Part shown: one piece after another, positions 1 through 11,424 of the stretch
How positions within the stretch are numbered: position 1 is the first letter of the stretch
Layout: every line of letters starts with the position of its first letter
NCBI GenBank assembly: GCA_000002435.2
Contig: CM018793.1
Reading direction: 5' to 3' (one strand)
DNA length: 64,000 bases
DNA from: Giardia intestinalis
Taxonomy: Eukaryota
The notes under the pieces: generated by a model
Database searches by the model: none
The model's input: the letters and a program-made list of their open reading frames with translations, nothing else
Told to the model about the DNA's origin: nothing
Made by a program: the position numbers and the translations under genes

Positions 1-598
1 TAAACCTGAGGTTGAAGCGAACGCGCTCTGTGGGTGTAATAGCCAGGAACTTTCGCAGCTCAGTAAGGTGTACAACGAAACTTCCTGTTTGAAGAAAGGA
101 CTCTGAAAGAGGAGGAGCATACATAATTATGTCATGGAAATCTGCGGAATTAAACCGTGGTGGAATGTAGGAATGAAGCGCTGTTTCGAAGTCAGGGGTT
201 GTTTTGATGATTCCGTATGATGCCACCAACATTTTGTTATCACAGGAGTCAAGGAAGACAGATTCTGATGTTATGTTTCTGTGTAGCGTGTTTATTGAGT
301 GTATCTTAGCCAGTATTTCAAGGCATGCGATGGCAAGGACCACAAGCTGCCCGGGTTTGCGAGACCACGAGTCTGGAGTAAAGTGGGAGATTGGTCTACC
401 AGGCGTAGAGATAGAGCGAATGAAGATAACGTCCCCAGACCTCTCCAAGTAGTCTGGGATAATCACTCCATTCTGGCCACGGAGGATAACCCTCTGCATT
501 TCGAGTGAATGGTAATAGGCATCGGCGTGCTCATCGGCCCATCCGAGCGTAAGAACCGAAGTTTCAATACACACGCGCGGCTGTGACCTTACAGCCAT
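1..598 (-). CDS. Hypothetical protein, 5' part only (runs off left edge); ATG at 598..596, about 199 codons without stop to position 1; not in supplied ORF track
   Basis: Manual translation of the minus strand gives a stop-free frame (MAVRSQPRVCIETSVLTLGWADEHADAYYHSLEMQRVILRGQNGVIIPDYLERSGDVIF...) with protein-like composition. It begins 12 nt past the stop of the neighbouring minus-strand gene, in a different frame. Confidence 0.3.
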   Translation of the reverse strand, partial: MAVRSQPRVCIETSVLTLGWADEHADAYYHSLEMQRVILRGQNGVIIPDYLERSGDVIFIRSISTPGRPISHFTPDSWSRKPGQLVVLAIACLEILAKIHSINTLHRNITSESVFLDSCDNKMLVASYGIIKTTPDFETALHSYIPPRFNSADFHDIIMYAPPLSESFLQTGSFVVHLTELRKFLAITPTERVRFNLRF

Positions 599-609
599 TG
601 GTTTTAAAT

Positions 610-2457
610 TTACTGTGTTTTTTGTATCGATAGATTTTGATCTGCAAAGAGGAGATCGTCGTCCATTGTTTCGAGCATGGCGTGGATATCATCAATGGAA
701 AAGAGATTTTCTATTCCCAGCTCTTTAATATCAGTAGCAACTTCTGCAAGGGAGCCCTTTGAAAGGCGTTCCATTAGGAGATAGACCTTCGATCCTTCTG
801 CTTCTCTCAGAAGCGGACTATTTTGCGCATTCTTCTCCCACAGATGTTCAGCATAGGGCCTGGCCTCCAGTATACGATAGTCTAGAGCATGGGATATGGC
901 TAACCCCAGGTCGACATAGTTCATTTTCATGCACTGGTAGTAGGTGTTGTGGAGAATGGTCACCCCTAGATCGGCAAGTTCTTTGTAGGTACTCTTGTAA
1001 ATGCAGAGGCCCAGCTGTACTGCGCATTCCAATCGATCAACCTTAATCAACAACTTTGCAATCCACTCTGTTGCACGCAGCAGAGGCACAGAAAGCTTTA
1101 GGCTATTGTTGTCAAGAAGAGTTGGCTCTACTGCAGCAGCGTCACGGATGTGCTCAAGGCTAGAAAGTAGTGCTTGTCCCAGTGTGACAATCTGCTGCTC
1201 CAGAATATCTGGCAAGCCGTCCGTAAAGATAGACAAGGCATTGCTCCCAATTGTGTCTTTCCAAATGCCAACTAAGATGTCTAGGCTGTCATCCTGGAAC
1301 CTTAGCGGTATATCCTTTGGCTTTCTAGTCTCCAATCTGTTTGCGAGCTCCCGGGCAGCAAGGATAAATGAGTCTGCGTTTTGGACAGTGAACGCAAGGG
1401 CGTGATTGGGATTCGCTGAGAGGATATGATGTAAGAAAAGGGTGTGCTGGTTCAGGTGCTCCGAAAGTCGTATAAACAGGGGCAATGCCCGCTCAAATAT
1501 TATCACCAAGTGACCAGCTAGCAAGAGGATACGGAAGACAACTGGTGTGATAGATAGTAATCTCTTGAGGTCAAGAAGTGCGCTTTCAGGGTGAATGGGT
1601 ATAGGGCACAGTCCTACATCATAGAGGCATATCTTTCCGCTCGTGGTACTCATAACCACGATACCCAGCTCTGACGATACAGCACAGCAAGTTGGGATAT
1701 CTCCACTCAACAGTGCTTGATCAGCAGCGTCTGTCCAGGTATGTTTGACGTGAAGATTAGCTAACGGAATAGTTACCTCCTTCCCACGATCATCCACACC
1801 ATTCCAATGGGCGAAGAGGCTAGATATCGACCCGAGGATTAAGGTTCCAGTCCTGTCTATGGCAACAAAGTGGTGCATGCTTGCTGTAGCATAAACGGGA
1901 GAACTTGCCAGTTCAATAGCGAATTGAGAGCAAACAGTATTAGAAGGAGTGATAGTTCGCTTGATAGATATAACAAGGCGGGACGGCTGAAACTTTCGTA
2001 CGAAAAATGTGATCAACATACTCTCTAGTAGCACAGATTCTATAAGAACGGTGTCGCTAGGAAGGTCTAGGGAGGCGACCACAGCAGTTTCTCCGTTAGA
2101 GCTACCCCTGTGAGCCTCTATCAGATTTTCACTTCTAACGTAGTGCAAAGGAAGGGCATGGAGAGGTATTTCACTGATCATCTCGAGGCTGGCAACCTCC
2201 TGCAGAAATAGGGTACGCAAATCAAACATAAAAGCGTGTGACCGAGAAAACCCCACAACAAAGTAATAATCGCCAGCAGCATGTGCAAACACTGGACACG
2301 ATGTAAGTGCGACGCGGAAGAAAGGCATATATAGTTCAGGCAGGGGTCGTTTGAGAAGCTCATGTGGGCGTAGCAGAGCAGAAGGCTCACACGTATCACT
2401 GAGGTACAAAAGTTTAGAGAAAGGAGCGTCAAGGGGGTTATGTTCAAAGGAGCGCAT
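610..2457 (-). CDS. Hypothetical protein, 615 aa, no recognisable domain
   Basis: Long uninterrupted ORF. Only antisense ORFs of 95-134 aa overlap it. Confidence 0.55.
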   Translation of the reverse strand: MRSFEHNPLDAPFSKLLYLSDTCEPSALLRPHELLKRPLPELYMPFFRVALTSCPVFAHAAGDYYFVVGFSRSHAFMFDLRTLFLQEVASLEMISEIPLHALPLHYVRSENLIEAHRGSSNGETAVVASLDLPSDTVLIESVLLESMLITFFVRKFQPSRLVISIKRTITPSNTVCSQFAIELASSPVYATASMHHFVAIDRTGTLILGSISSLFAHWNGVDDRGKEVTIPLANLHVKHTWTDAADQALLSGDIPTCCAVSSELGIVVMSTTSGKICLYDVGLCPIPIHPESALLDLKRLLSITPVVFRILLLAGHLVIIFERALPLFIRLSEHLNQHTLFLHHILSANPNHALAFTVQNADSFILAARELANRLETRKPKDIPLRFQDDSLDILVGIWKDTIGSNALSIFTDGLPDILEQQIVTLGQALLSSLEHIRDAAAVEPTLLDNNSLKLSVPLLRATEWIAKLLIKVDRLECAVQLGLCIYKSTYKELADLGVTILHNTYYQCMKMNYVDLGLAISHALDYRILEARPYAEHLWEKNAQNSPLLREAEGSKVYLLMERLSKGSLAEVATDIKELGIENLFSIDDIHAMLETMDDDLLFADQNLSIQKTQ

Positions 2458-2551
2458 GCTCTAGTCTAAATGGGGACAAACGAGTGATGTGCAAGCGATC
2501 GCTTGAAAGGATCAGAGATCTGGGACAGAAAAATAAAAACGCAGCGAGATT

Positions 2552-3841
2552 ATGCAGTCGCTGAAAGACCATGAATACGATTACAACGAGATTGACAATA
2601 TTCTCAACCAATACCTAAATAGATACGGCATCTCCTACACTGGATCCGTAGCGGCAGATGAACAGTCTCAGACCCGTAAGGATGTATTAACAGCAACTCC
2701 AGTGAGTTCGGCCCTTCGACCGAGTCAACTAGGGCCAGCTCGTGAGAATGATGCTACTACATTGCATGACACACCACGGACTGTGGGGTATGAAGCTAAA
2801 CAAGAAGGCTCCTTGATGATGACGCAGAACGATGGTGACGACCCAGTGCAACTTGATTTGGTAGACTTGGAGGACCAGTCACATGTCAACGAATCTAGGA
2901 CGGTTCCCAACGTGGAACGCAACGAACGAAAGATAGTCGCACACGAGCCATCCATCTCCACACTTACCAGAGATATTAATGCATTGGAACAACGGGTTCT
3001 TGGTAACCAGAGGCCCAACGTTCATTTGGCTAACCTAGAAGATGACAAGAGCAGGGCAGAGACAGCCATCCAGCTCGATGACCTGGACGATGTACTAACT
3101 TTGAGTGAAAACATGAGCGAATCTCTTAGTCAGCACACACGTGCCCTTGCACGACTTCAGTCTAATCTTAGAAACTACAGTAGACATACGAATTCCGCAA
3201 ACATTTTATCTAATACTCGGAAATATTCAGGATACAAACATGCACTTGCCCAGCAGTACTACACTAAGGGGAAGCGTCCACCATCATGTCAGCGGACAAA
3301 TAGAAGTGGGCCATCGACCTCACACAGAATGTCCTCCTCACTTCCTGACATGTCTCTGCAAACACCAAAGACTCTGACGAAGAGTACTAACAGCAATCCC
3401 ATTTACACATCAAGATCCGAGAGTCAGCGGAGGTCACAGTCCCAAACACAATACTCGCGCAGCGTGCTGGACGACAGCCTGCTGGACTACCCGTTCGACA
3501 CCAGCAACAAGCTTGTCGGGGCGAGCAGGGCTCTCGACGCCGACGCCGCCTCGACGGTCGTCGTCAACGGGAAGCTGACGTCCATCGAGGCCAGAACCCT
3601 GTTGGGGCGGGTGCACACCATGGAGCTTCTGCTCGACCAGTCGGCCCAGACGATCGGGGAGCTGCGCCGCGAAAACGCCAGGCTGCAGCGGGTCATCCTG
3701 TCCAAGGACGCATCGACGCAGAAGATCTTGACCCTCGAAGCAGAGGTCCTCGCCCTACGCAAGAGCCTCAAGCAGTCCGAGGAATCCCGACGGCGACAGG
3801 CCACCCTCATCGAAAGACTCAAGGCAGATTCTGGCGTATGA
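2552..3841 (+). CDS. Hypothetical protein, 429 aa. It has a Ser/Thr/Asn-rich low-complexity middle and a C-terminal coiled-coil, and contains copy A of the 288-bp duplicated segment
   Basis: Long ORF with AAAAATAAAAAC about 10 nt upstream of ATG. Heptad-like RRENARLQRVILSKDASTQKILTLEAEVLALRKSLKQSEE. Confidence 0.55.
   Translation: MQSLKDHEYDYNEIDNILNQYLNRYGISYTGSVAADEQSQTRKDVLTATPVSSALRPSQLGPARENDATTLHDTPRTVGYEAKQEGSLMMTQNDGDDPVQLDLVDLEDQSHVNESRTVPNVERNERKIVAHEPSISTLTRDINALEQRVLGNQRPNVHLANLEDDKSRAETAIQLDDLDDVLTLSENMSESLSQHTRALARLQSNLRNYSRHTNSANILSNTRKYSGYKHALAQQYYTKGKRPPSCQRTNRSGPSTSHRMSSSLPDMSLQTPKTLTKSTNSNPIYTSRSESQRRSQSQTQYSRSVLDDSLLDYPFDTSNKLVGASRALDADAASTVVVNGKLTSIEARTLLGRVHTMELLLDQSAQTIGELRRENARLQRVILSKDASTQKILTLEAEVLALRKSLKQSEESRRRQATLIERLKADSGV
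3430..3717. repeat. Copy A of a 288-bp dispersed perfect duplicate (partner at 27325..27612)
   Basis: Base-by-base comparison shows 288/288 identity. Both copies give the identical antisense ORF MHPPQQGSGLDGRQLPVDDDRRGGVGVESPARPDKLVAGVERVVQQAVVQHAARVLCLGL in the ORF track. Confidence 0.92.
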
Positions 3842-3878
3842 GCCAGCGAACGAGCACGGTGAATTCACTGGTTGCGGC

Positions 3879-4913
<1,035 letters not shown>

Positions 4914-5395
4914 TTAAGTTTTTTCACTCAGAATACTTTGGACATTCAGGTGGCTTTAGAAAAGATTAGCAGGAGTAAGTTCCCAGGAATACAAGGCTGC
5001 AGACCGGATTTACCTCACTTTGAAGGCTCATTAGCAATGATCAATTTCCATCATCTGTAAATTTTAAGGTAGATCAATCTTTCTTAAGGACTGCACCGAA
5101 CAGATGGTGACCTACAGATCAGCTCATGGGTCTTCAGGCTTCAATGTCACTCTTTCGGCTTTTCATTTACATTTTAGGCAGCCTCTGGATCTTTAGAGCT
5201 GTCCTTGATGTGTCAAAAGCGTTTCAGGACAGAAGTAACGATAGGCCTACCTGACACAACAGCTTAGAAAGAGTGGAGCAAGCAGCCACATTCGACAGAC
5301 GATTATTTAAGTGCGAGGGGAGTAGCGAGGCATTGTTCTTAGAAGTTTGTTCAGTAAATTGCATGGAACATACATGAAGGTAAGTTAATTGTTTG

Positions 5396-6043
5396 CTAAT
5401 GCTGCTTTGATTGTCTGCATGTAGATTTGGGCTTTCGAGGTGTGGCGGCAGAGGACAATCTTGTGTGAACATTAGCTTCTGTATACAACAAGTTTCTTCT
5501 TGATTCTTCTGCTTTCCGCTTGGCAGTAGCTTCCCAGTCGTACCGAAATGGGGGCAGGCGAGCAGAGACAGAGCTCAATCTACTAATGTCTGCATAGTAC
5601 CGCGGCGATTTACCATCTATATCGAGTGTAGTGACATTAGCTCCAGACTCAATTAGGACATGGGCTATGTCTGGATGACCCTTGATGCACGCTATGTGAA
5701 GAGGTGTCCTGCCATGGTTGTCGACTGCATCCAGGTCGAGGTAGGCCTTTCTTTTAAGGAGACACGTCAACATTTCGAGGTCATTGCTTGCAGCGCATCT
5801 ATGCACTACCGTCCCACCGTGAATCGCTGGGTCAGCCACGTTAAAATTAAAGCCCTTTTCGAAGAGATAGTCCAATGTATTTACGTTGCCATTGGCGACT
5901 GCTATGTGAACCGGAGGAACCTCGAAGCTGTACTTTTGGAGCGGAAAGATTGCTTTTGCAAAAATCCACTCCATACGAGCCAAATCCCCCTCATATGTGT
6001 ACGCTGTGAACAGCTCGGCAAGTAAATCCTCCGTCTTACTCAT
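5396..6043 (-). CDS. Ankyrin-repeat protein, 215 aa
   Basis: Three to four 33-aa ankyrin repeats, for example HIAVANGNVNTLDYLFEKG and GRTPLHIACIKGHPDIAHVLIESGANV. Confidence 0.7.
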   Translation of the reverse strand: MSKTEDLLAELFTAYTYEGDLARMEWIFAKAIFPLQKYSFEVPPVHIAVANGNVNTLDYLFEKGFNFNVADPAIHGGTVVHRCAASNDLEMLTCLLKRKAYLDLDAVDNHGRTPLHIACIKGHPDIAHVLIESGANVTTLDIDGKSPRYYADISRLSSVSARLPPFRYDWEATAKRKAEESRRNLLYTEANVHTRLSSAATPRKPKSTCRQSKQH

Positions 6044-6106
6044 CAGGCGTGCCTTGCGAGAAGCCTAAACCTCGCCTACTTCTAAAACAAAAATATCCGG
6101 GTTCTG

Positions 6107-6829
6107 ATGACACAGAACGGAGCATCGCAAATCCCCGAAAATGTACTCAAGTGTGCATACACACGCATCACCGATGATCTTCGGCAGGCCCTCCTAAAGT
6201 GCATTGATTCTACTAAGAAGGCACGCACATTTGGGAGCGTTTTTGCAGAACCGGTTGATTACGTTGCGTTGGGCATACCAGACTATATCGAGGTCATTAA
6301 GCGGCCGATGGACCTCAGTACTCTCAAGAGCAATTTACTTGTTGGCGAGTATATCTTTCTCCACGAGTTCCTCAAGGACGCAGAACTTATCTTTTCCAAC
6401 TGTAGGACGTACAACGGAATGTCGAACGACGGATACTTTTGGAAGGCCGCCGAAGAGGTTGAGAAGTTTTTCATCAATACAATCTCGCGCATAGATGGCT
6501 TGAACCTCACTTTAGACATCTATAAGAAGATAGTCCAATCTCCCATACCTGTCATTCCAGAGTACAGTGAGCTTCCTATGACGGTCTCCGAACTGCAGAT
6601 AATGATCAAGAGAATGTCCGAACTGCCCAAGCCTGCGTTGACAGCGTGCATCCAGTACTATCTGCAGAGGAAAGGTGCGAGCGCGGAGGAGATGGCCGGG
6701 AAAGAGTTTACTTTGCACTTTGTCAGCACTGACAGCGCAATCCTTAGAGACCTTGACAAACTAATAAGAAAGAAAGCAATGGAGGCCAAAGAAAACAAAA
6801 CTCAACGGGCAAAGAAGCTAAAGCATTGA
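6107..6829 (+). CDS. Bromodomain-containing protein, 240 aa
   Basis: FAEPVDYVALGIPDYIEVIKRPMDLSTLKSNL...FSNCRTYNG matches the bromodomain ZA-loop and conserved Asn region (FxxPVD...Y...IxxPMDL...N...YN). TAAAACAAAAATAT upstream of ATG. Confidence 0.75.
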   Translation: MTQNGASQIPENVLKCAYTRITDDLRQALLKCIDSTKKARTFGSVFAEPVDYVALGIPDYIEVIKRPMDLSTLKSNLLVGEYIFLHEFLKDAELIFSNCRTYNGMSNDGYFWKAAEEVEKFFINTISRIDGLNLTLDIYKKIVQSPIPVIPEYSELPMTVSELQIMIKRMSELPKPALTACIQYYLQRKGASAEEMAGKEFTLHFVSTDSAILRDLDKLIRKKAMEAKENKTQRAKKLKH

Positions 6830-7011
6830 TGTGTATCTCAAATGAATAAGCACGCTACTACTTGATACACAATCGTCACGCTTCTGTATGTTTCCGCTTT
6901 ACCTACTGTGATATGTTAACGAAGAAGCAACCGAAGCCCAAACGTACGGCAAAGTACGTAGCCAGAGGAAGTCTTGGGCCACTATGTGGGCTGAGCTATC
7001 TATATCTATCT

Positions 7012-8040
7012 TTAGAATGACTCTAGAGCCGGTTGGAGAGCAGAGCGCCACGATTCACCCAAGTTCTTCTCCTGCTCTGCCAGCGACAGGCTGTTTGCCG
7101 CGGCAGCAGTACTGGCTGTACTAATCCCAGCTCCATGGAAAAGTGAGCCACGAGAGTTCGCAGTTGATGGCCGCGAAGATCCTTGAGCAGCTGCATATGT
7201 GTTTAGGCCAGCACTTGTAACATTAGGTGCTGTCCCCGTTAAGCCTCTACTATGCTGTACAGGTTGCTTCTGTGTGCGGGCCGTGGATCCATGGTGGAGC
7301 CTGTCGAGCCCTGCAGCCTCCAATCGTTGATGAGAATCCATACCCTTGTTTAGTAGGTTCTGAGACAGGTGCTGGTTCATCATCTGCTCGCAGGCCGTTA
7401 TGTTCTCCGTGAGTGTGTTCCTGTACGCTATTGCAGAGGTAGTAAGGTCCAGATGGGCGGTTGCATTCATCGACCTGTCCACATCAAGGCCACTAGTATT
7501 AAGCTGGGATGCGCTACCCGCGGTGTACTGGTTCTGTGATCGCATATATGTGTTATAGATCATACGATTTGTGTTATTTGCCAGCGTACGTTGCTCTTGT
7601 GGGTCAATCTGATGTTTGAAGCTGACAGTTGGCGTCGTAGCTTCAGCCGGTCGTTCTGTGGCAGTCAGATTGCGATATGTGAGTGTAGAAGTAAAGTAGT
7701 TATCACGAAATGTGTCTGTGTCCCATATGTTCGTGGTGTTCAGCAAATTCATTAGCCTTAGGGTGTCAGTTGCATCGCCTTGTGGTAAAAGTGCTGTATC
7801 TAGAGTGAGGTTCATCAGAGTGTCATTAGGCTTCAAACCATTGCGAGCTTGCATGTAGTCTCGGAGCCTAATCTCCTCGAATTGAAACTCAATAAAGTTG
7901 TTTGAGAAATCAGAAATGATCAGTGTCTCTTCCTTAAAGGGCAATACCTCTTGAGTTACCCGTGCCCCCTGACGAGATGGAGCGACTGGTTTTGCGTCTG
8001 GAATGGTGGTGGGCTGGATTGATGAGTGTAGGGTGGGCAT
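7012..8040 (-). CDS. Hypothetical Ser/Thr/Asn-rich protein, 342 aa
   Basis: Long ORF, low-complexity, no domain recognised. Confidence 0.45.
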   Translation of the reverse strand: MPTLHSSIQPTTIPDAKPVAPSRQGARVTQEVLPFKEETLIISDFSNNFIEFQFEEIRLRDYMQARNGLKPNDTLMNLTLDTALLPQGDATDTLRLMNLLNTTNIWDTDTFRDNYFTSTLTYRNLTATERPAEATTPTVSFKHQIDPQEQRTLANNTNRMIYNTYMRSQNQYTAGSASQLNTSGLDVDRSMNATAHLDLTTSAIAYRNTLTENITACEQMMNQHLSQNLLNKGMDSHQRLEAAGLDRLHHGSTARTQKQPVQHSRGLTGTAPNVTSAGLNTYAAAQGSSRPSTANSRGSLFHGAGISTASTAAAANSLSLAEQEKNLGESWRSALQPALESF

Positions 8041-8176
8041 TTTTTTGAATCTGTAAAGCTATTTTTTAAATTGCTGTGTCGTTAGTATCTCTGCAATTTC
8101 CTCCACGCAAGGTCCCTGGTGCAATGAGCAGTGTGAGCAAGACGTAGACAGACGCATATGTAGTATCATTTACTGT

Positions 8177-8770
8177 CTAGTCGTCCTTCCACTGTCCACG
8201 CTTGTTCTCCTCGATTGGAGTGGAAAATTGGGCATGCCTTGGATAGCGGCCCAATTCAGGGCCAGTGCGGCGCACGTTGATTGTTCCTGTACTGTACAAC
8301 GTCACAGGGTGGTCATAGCGCGCTTGAGTAAGCGGTCTTTCAATCTCTGGCTTGGAGTAGTCTGCAGTGTATGTACTAATCTTTTCGCCATCCGCAATCC
8401 GACCGGCCCTTCCATCTAAAGCATCTTGACGTAGCTGGACATAGCTAGCCCATTCCTTTTCAGCTTGTGCACGAAATCTGGCCTCCAAAGCGGTCCCACT
8501 GGTGACGGGGCGGCCCACTGTATCAAAATTACAGTTGGGGTTGAAATACTCCTTCTTATTGGCACGAAAATCTCCATATTCCTTGTTCGTTGTGTCACTG
8601 GGCATCTTTTGATCCGGATTCGTTGTCTGTACATATACCGTTGGCACTCTACACGTTCCCATCTTGACGGTTCCATCGGGATTCAAGGCGGTCTCGTAGA
8701 GAGATCTCTCCTCAACCCAGTTATCGATCAAGACACGAGGGGGGCCGGGTTCCCGATTGTAAAGGTTCAT
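8177..8770 (-). CDS. Hypothetical protein, 197 aa
   Basis: Uninterrupted ORF between two other genes; no domain recognised. Confidence 0.45.
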   Translation of the reverse strand: MNLYNREPGPPRVLIDNWVEERSLYETALNPDGTVKMGTCRVPTVYVQTTNPDQKMPSDTTNKEYGDFRANKKEYFNPNCNFDTVGRPVTSGTALEARFRAQAEKEWASYVQLRQDALDGRAGRIADGEKISTYTADYSKPEIERPLTQARYDHPVTLYSTGTINVRRTGPELGRYPRHAQFSTPIEENKRGQWKDD

Positions 8771-8813
8771 TTCTTTGAAGAGTCCGAGGGTTCTTTGAAT
8801 TACGTTTTGAAGT

Positions 8814-8825
8814 AAAAATTAAAAC
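8814..8825 (+). promoter_or_regulatory. AT-rich initiator-like element AAAAATTAAAAC, 3 nt upstream of the ATG at 8829
   Basis: The identical 12-mer also precedes the unrelated gene at 20887. Short AT-rich initiators abutting the start codon are the known promoter type in diplomonads. Confidence 0.4.
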
Positions 8826-8828
8826 AAC

Positions 8829-10904
8829 ATGGATTATCAGCGGTCACGGCAAAAGAGCCCAGTCGGGAAAAAACAGTGGCTATCTAGTAGTCAGCGGGAT
8901 CATCGGGCTTCCTGCACTACTGCTTCAGTTGATCTCCGCTGCGGATCCCAAAAGTATTTTGACAATTGTATGTCATCGCCTCAGATTTCTCAAGAATCTA
9001 GTGGGATAACACCCGTCCCAACAAACTATCACTACAAAGACTGTGCTGTTCAGCGGAAGGGCCATCAAAGCCTTTCTGGGATCGGTGTTATGGACACTGA
9101 ATGTTGCTTTGATTTACCTTCTATACCTGCCTCTGACCGGCAAAATTCATCATCGGAGATATCCCAACCATACATGCTTCGATCAGACCGTGCTCAGCAA
9201 ATATACAAGCCTCGCGCTATACGGCCAGCAGCTGGCCACACCGCGGTGGTCTATGGGCACAATCAAAGTCAACACCAGGAGGATATGCTCCCGCGGAATG
9301 TCTATAAAAAGCTAACTCAGATGCTTCAAGCCAAAATTGCCGCTGATAGCGCATACACTGAGGAAGACCTTGTCCGGCTGTTCACTTCCCTTTATTTTTC
9401 TAATGCTACGTTGGACAAATATGCGCTTGTAAAGTACATAGAGACAATGGCCGAGGCGTTTGCAGTCAGTGACCCGCTGCGTATTATTCGGGAGAAGAAC
9501 CTCGCGCAAGGCCTGGACATCTTTGGCAAGAGCATAGCCGATACAAGTATACGACTACCTAGCGAATTATCTCATGAGTCTATTTCTAAAGCTGCAGATA
9601 AGTTGCTTCTACGAACTTTAACGCGTAGTTCTAACAATCCACGGACACAACGAAGTTCTGGCACTCATAGCTTGCCTGTCTCTTTGCCAGCTTTGCCAAA
9701 CACCCTGAGCACTGGACAGAAGAGTAGTTCTTCTTTCCATAATCACTCAACTGTGCAACCAACTACTTGTCTGCAATCTCCTTCTCCTCCATCGATCTCT
9801 ACAAACCAAGGTTTAAACACTGATTCTACTCTTAAAATCTTAAGTCTAACCACTCCAGTTTGTCCTCCACTAGTGCAGTCAAAGCAACAGCAACAACAAC
9901 AGCAATCTGTGTCTCAAATACCTCCTGCAACCCTCCAGGAACAGTTTCAAAGAATACTAGAGCAGCAAGCTATTCAACAAGCTCAGCAGCAGGCCCAAAT
10001 ACAGCTTCTACAGCAGCAGCTATGCATCCAGCAAGAGTTGCAACAGCAGCAACTGCTTGAACATCAAATTTATAATGAAAGGATCCGAAATCAGGAATAT
10101 ATCGATTATCTACATACAAACAGGCAGGTGGAACCCTTTCCGCATCTCGCTCGCATGCCAACTGCGTCTCTATCTCTTCCTCGGTCTACAACTGTGGCAA
10201 CCTCTCGATCTGCAGGGGGCATGGGTGTTTTCAAAATACCAGTAAGAAGAAGGCAAACTGTCAATTGCCACCAGCTAAACACTAGAGCGAACGTATCTCC
10301 TGATAGAGCGCATGTTAGTGATCGACGGCAGCAGCTTCTCTATGAGTGCCGTTCTCGTGCACAGGAGCTGGCTGATATCCTTCTCTCTAATAAGATAACA
10401 GATAGCCAAACAGCGAATGAACTGGCAAAGGTTGATTGGAACCAGTTTACCTATTCAAAGGAATTAGAGAACGACCGGGTTTATGATGCACCCGCGCTCC
10501 CCAGTCAGGTAGATATACCAACGGGTATGCAGAACAGCGCTTCCCAGGCTCCATTAATCGTTGTCGAGGAGCTTGACAAGGCCGTACAGAACACAGTACA
10601 GGAGGATCTGCCAGACACCCCCATCCTTCTTTCTAAGTGCAGGCCAAGACGAGCAGGAACTCCTCTGTTATACAGAGAAGGAATTACGACTATTTTATCA
10701 TACGATGATGAAGATACAGACCCTAACATCATTTGTAAGTTAGAGTCTAGAGGCAGAAGTAGGCTTGGAAGGCGTCATATGAATTCAGATCTGGATCACC
10801 ACCAGTTTAGTGTCGACATTGATGTTGAGTTAGAGGCAGACTCTGTTACACTCGACAATATGCCCACCACCAGCAAGCGCCCCGCAGATCATCCTGTACT
10901 ATAG
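8829..10904 (+). CDS. Hypothetical Gln-rich protein, 691 aa (polyQ/Q-L tract around residues 350-410)
   Basis: Long ORF; QQQQQQQSVSQ...QQAQQQAQIQLLQQQLCIQQELQQQQLLEHQ; no catalytic domain recognised. Confidence 0.5.
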   Translation: MDYQRSRQKSPVGKKQWLSSSQRDHRASCTTASVDLRCGSQKYFDNCMSSPQISQESSGITPVPTNYHYKDCAVQRKGHQSLSGIGVMDTECCFDLPSIPASDRQNSSSEISQPYMLRSDRAQQIYKPRAIRPAAGHTAVVYGHNQSQHQEDMLPRNVYKKLTQMLQAKIAADSAYTEEDLVRLFTSLYFSNATLDKYALVKYIETMAEAFAVSDPLRIIREKNLAQGLDIFGKSIADTSIRLPSELSHESISKAADKLLLRTLTRSSNNPRTQRSSGTHSLPVSLPALPNTLSTGQKSSSSFHNHSTVQPTTCLQSPSPPSISTNQGLNTDSTLKILSLTTPVCPPLVQSKQQQQQQQSVSQIPPATLQEQFQRILEQQAIQQAQQQAQIQLLQQQLCIQQELQQQQLLEHQIYNERIRNQEYIDYLHTNRQVEPFPHLARMPTASLSLPRSTTVATSRSAGGMGVFKIPVRRRQTVNCHQLNTRANVSPDRAHVSDRRQQLLYECRSRAQELADILLSNKITDSQTANELAKVDWNQFTYSKELENDRVYDAPALPSQVDIPTGMQNSASQAPLIVVEELDKAVQNTVQEDLPDTPILLSKCRPRRAGTPLLYREGITTILSYDDEDTDPNIICKLESRGRSRLGRRHMNSDLDHHQFSVDIDVELEADSVTLDNMPTTSKRPADHPVL

Positions 10905-11137
10905 TGAAATGGCACAGAAAAGCTGACCACTAGTGAATTATTATCTCCTGTCGAACACTGCCTTGTGCTAGGCCATAGTTCTTACACATTAGCCCCAAGA
11001 ATGAATTTACCTGAGAGTTGCACGCAACCCTTGAAGTATACAATCCTAGTATCTACTGAGGTCTTATCTTACGAACTGACCCTGCACAGTGCAACGAGAT
11101 ACCTCTTTAACGTGGCAGCCAGCCAGCCAGATGCAAA

Positions 11138-11401
11138 TCACTGGAAGATGGAGAGAAGTCTCTGGAACACGGTTAGTCGCTCTGTTCTGCCTCTAACAGG
11201 CTGCCAGGCAATCTCCATTTGGTTATAATAAGGCCAGTCTGGAACTGTCGCCAGTGCTGCCAGACACAGGCCAAAGGCGTGAACAAGAAGACCAATGCCC
11301 ATGTTCTTGAAGGCCCAGGCTGTTAGAAGACCGAACAGTGCAAACAAAATAATGATCAGACGCATCAAGTGCCCCGCGCGAATCTGTCCTCTATAATCCA
11401 T
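11138..11401 (-). CDS. Possible small two-TM membrane protein, 87 aa
   Basis: Sits in an otherwise empty 520-bp gap between genes. Two hydrophobic helices (LIIILFALFGLLTAWAF / GIGLLVHAFGLCLAALATV). Could be spurious. Confidence 0.3.
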   Translation of the reverse strand: MDYRGQIRAGHLMRLIIILFALFGLLTAWAFKNMGIGLLVHAFGLCLAALATVPDWPYYNQMEIAWQPVRGRTERLTVFQRLLSIFQ

Positions 11402-11424
11402 TCTTTTAAAAATAGGAGAGTCGA

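Noticed and set aside
5360-5410. GTAAGT...CTAAT...AG intron-like signal on the plus strand at about 5378-5411
   Set aside because: No plus-strand exon context exists on either side. The region is the 3' end of the minus-strand ankyrin gene, and diplomonad introns use a different extended consensus (GTATGT...ACTAAC-type branch point adjacent to AG).
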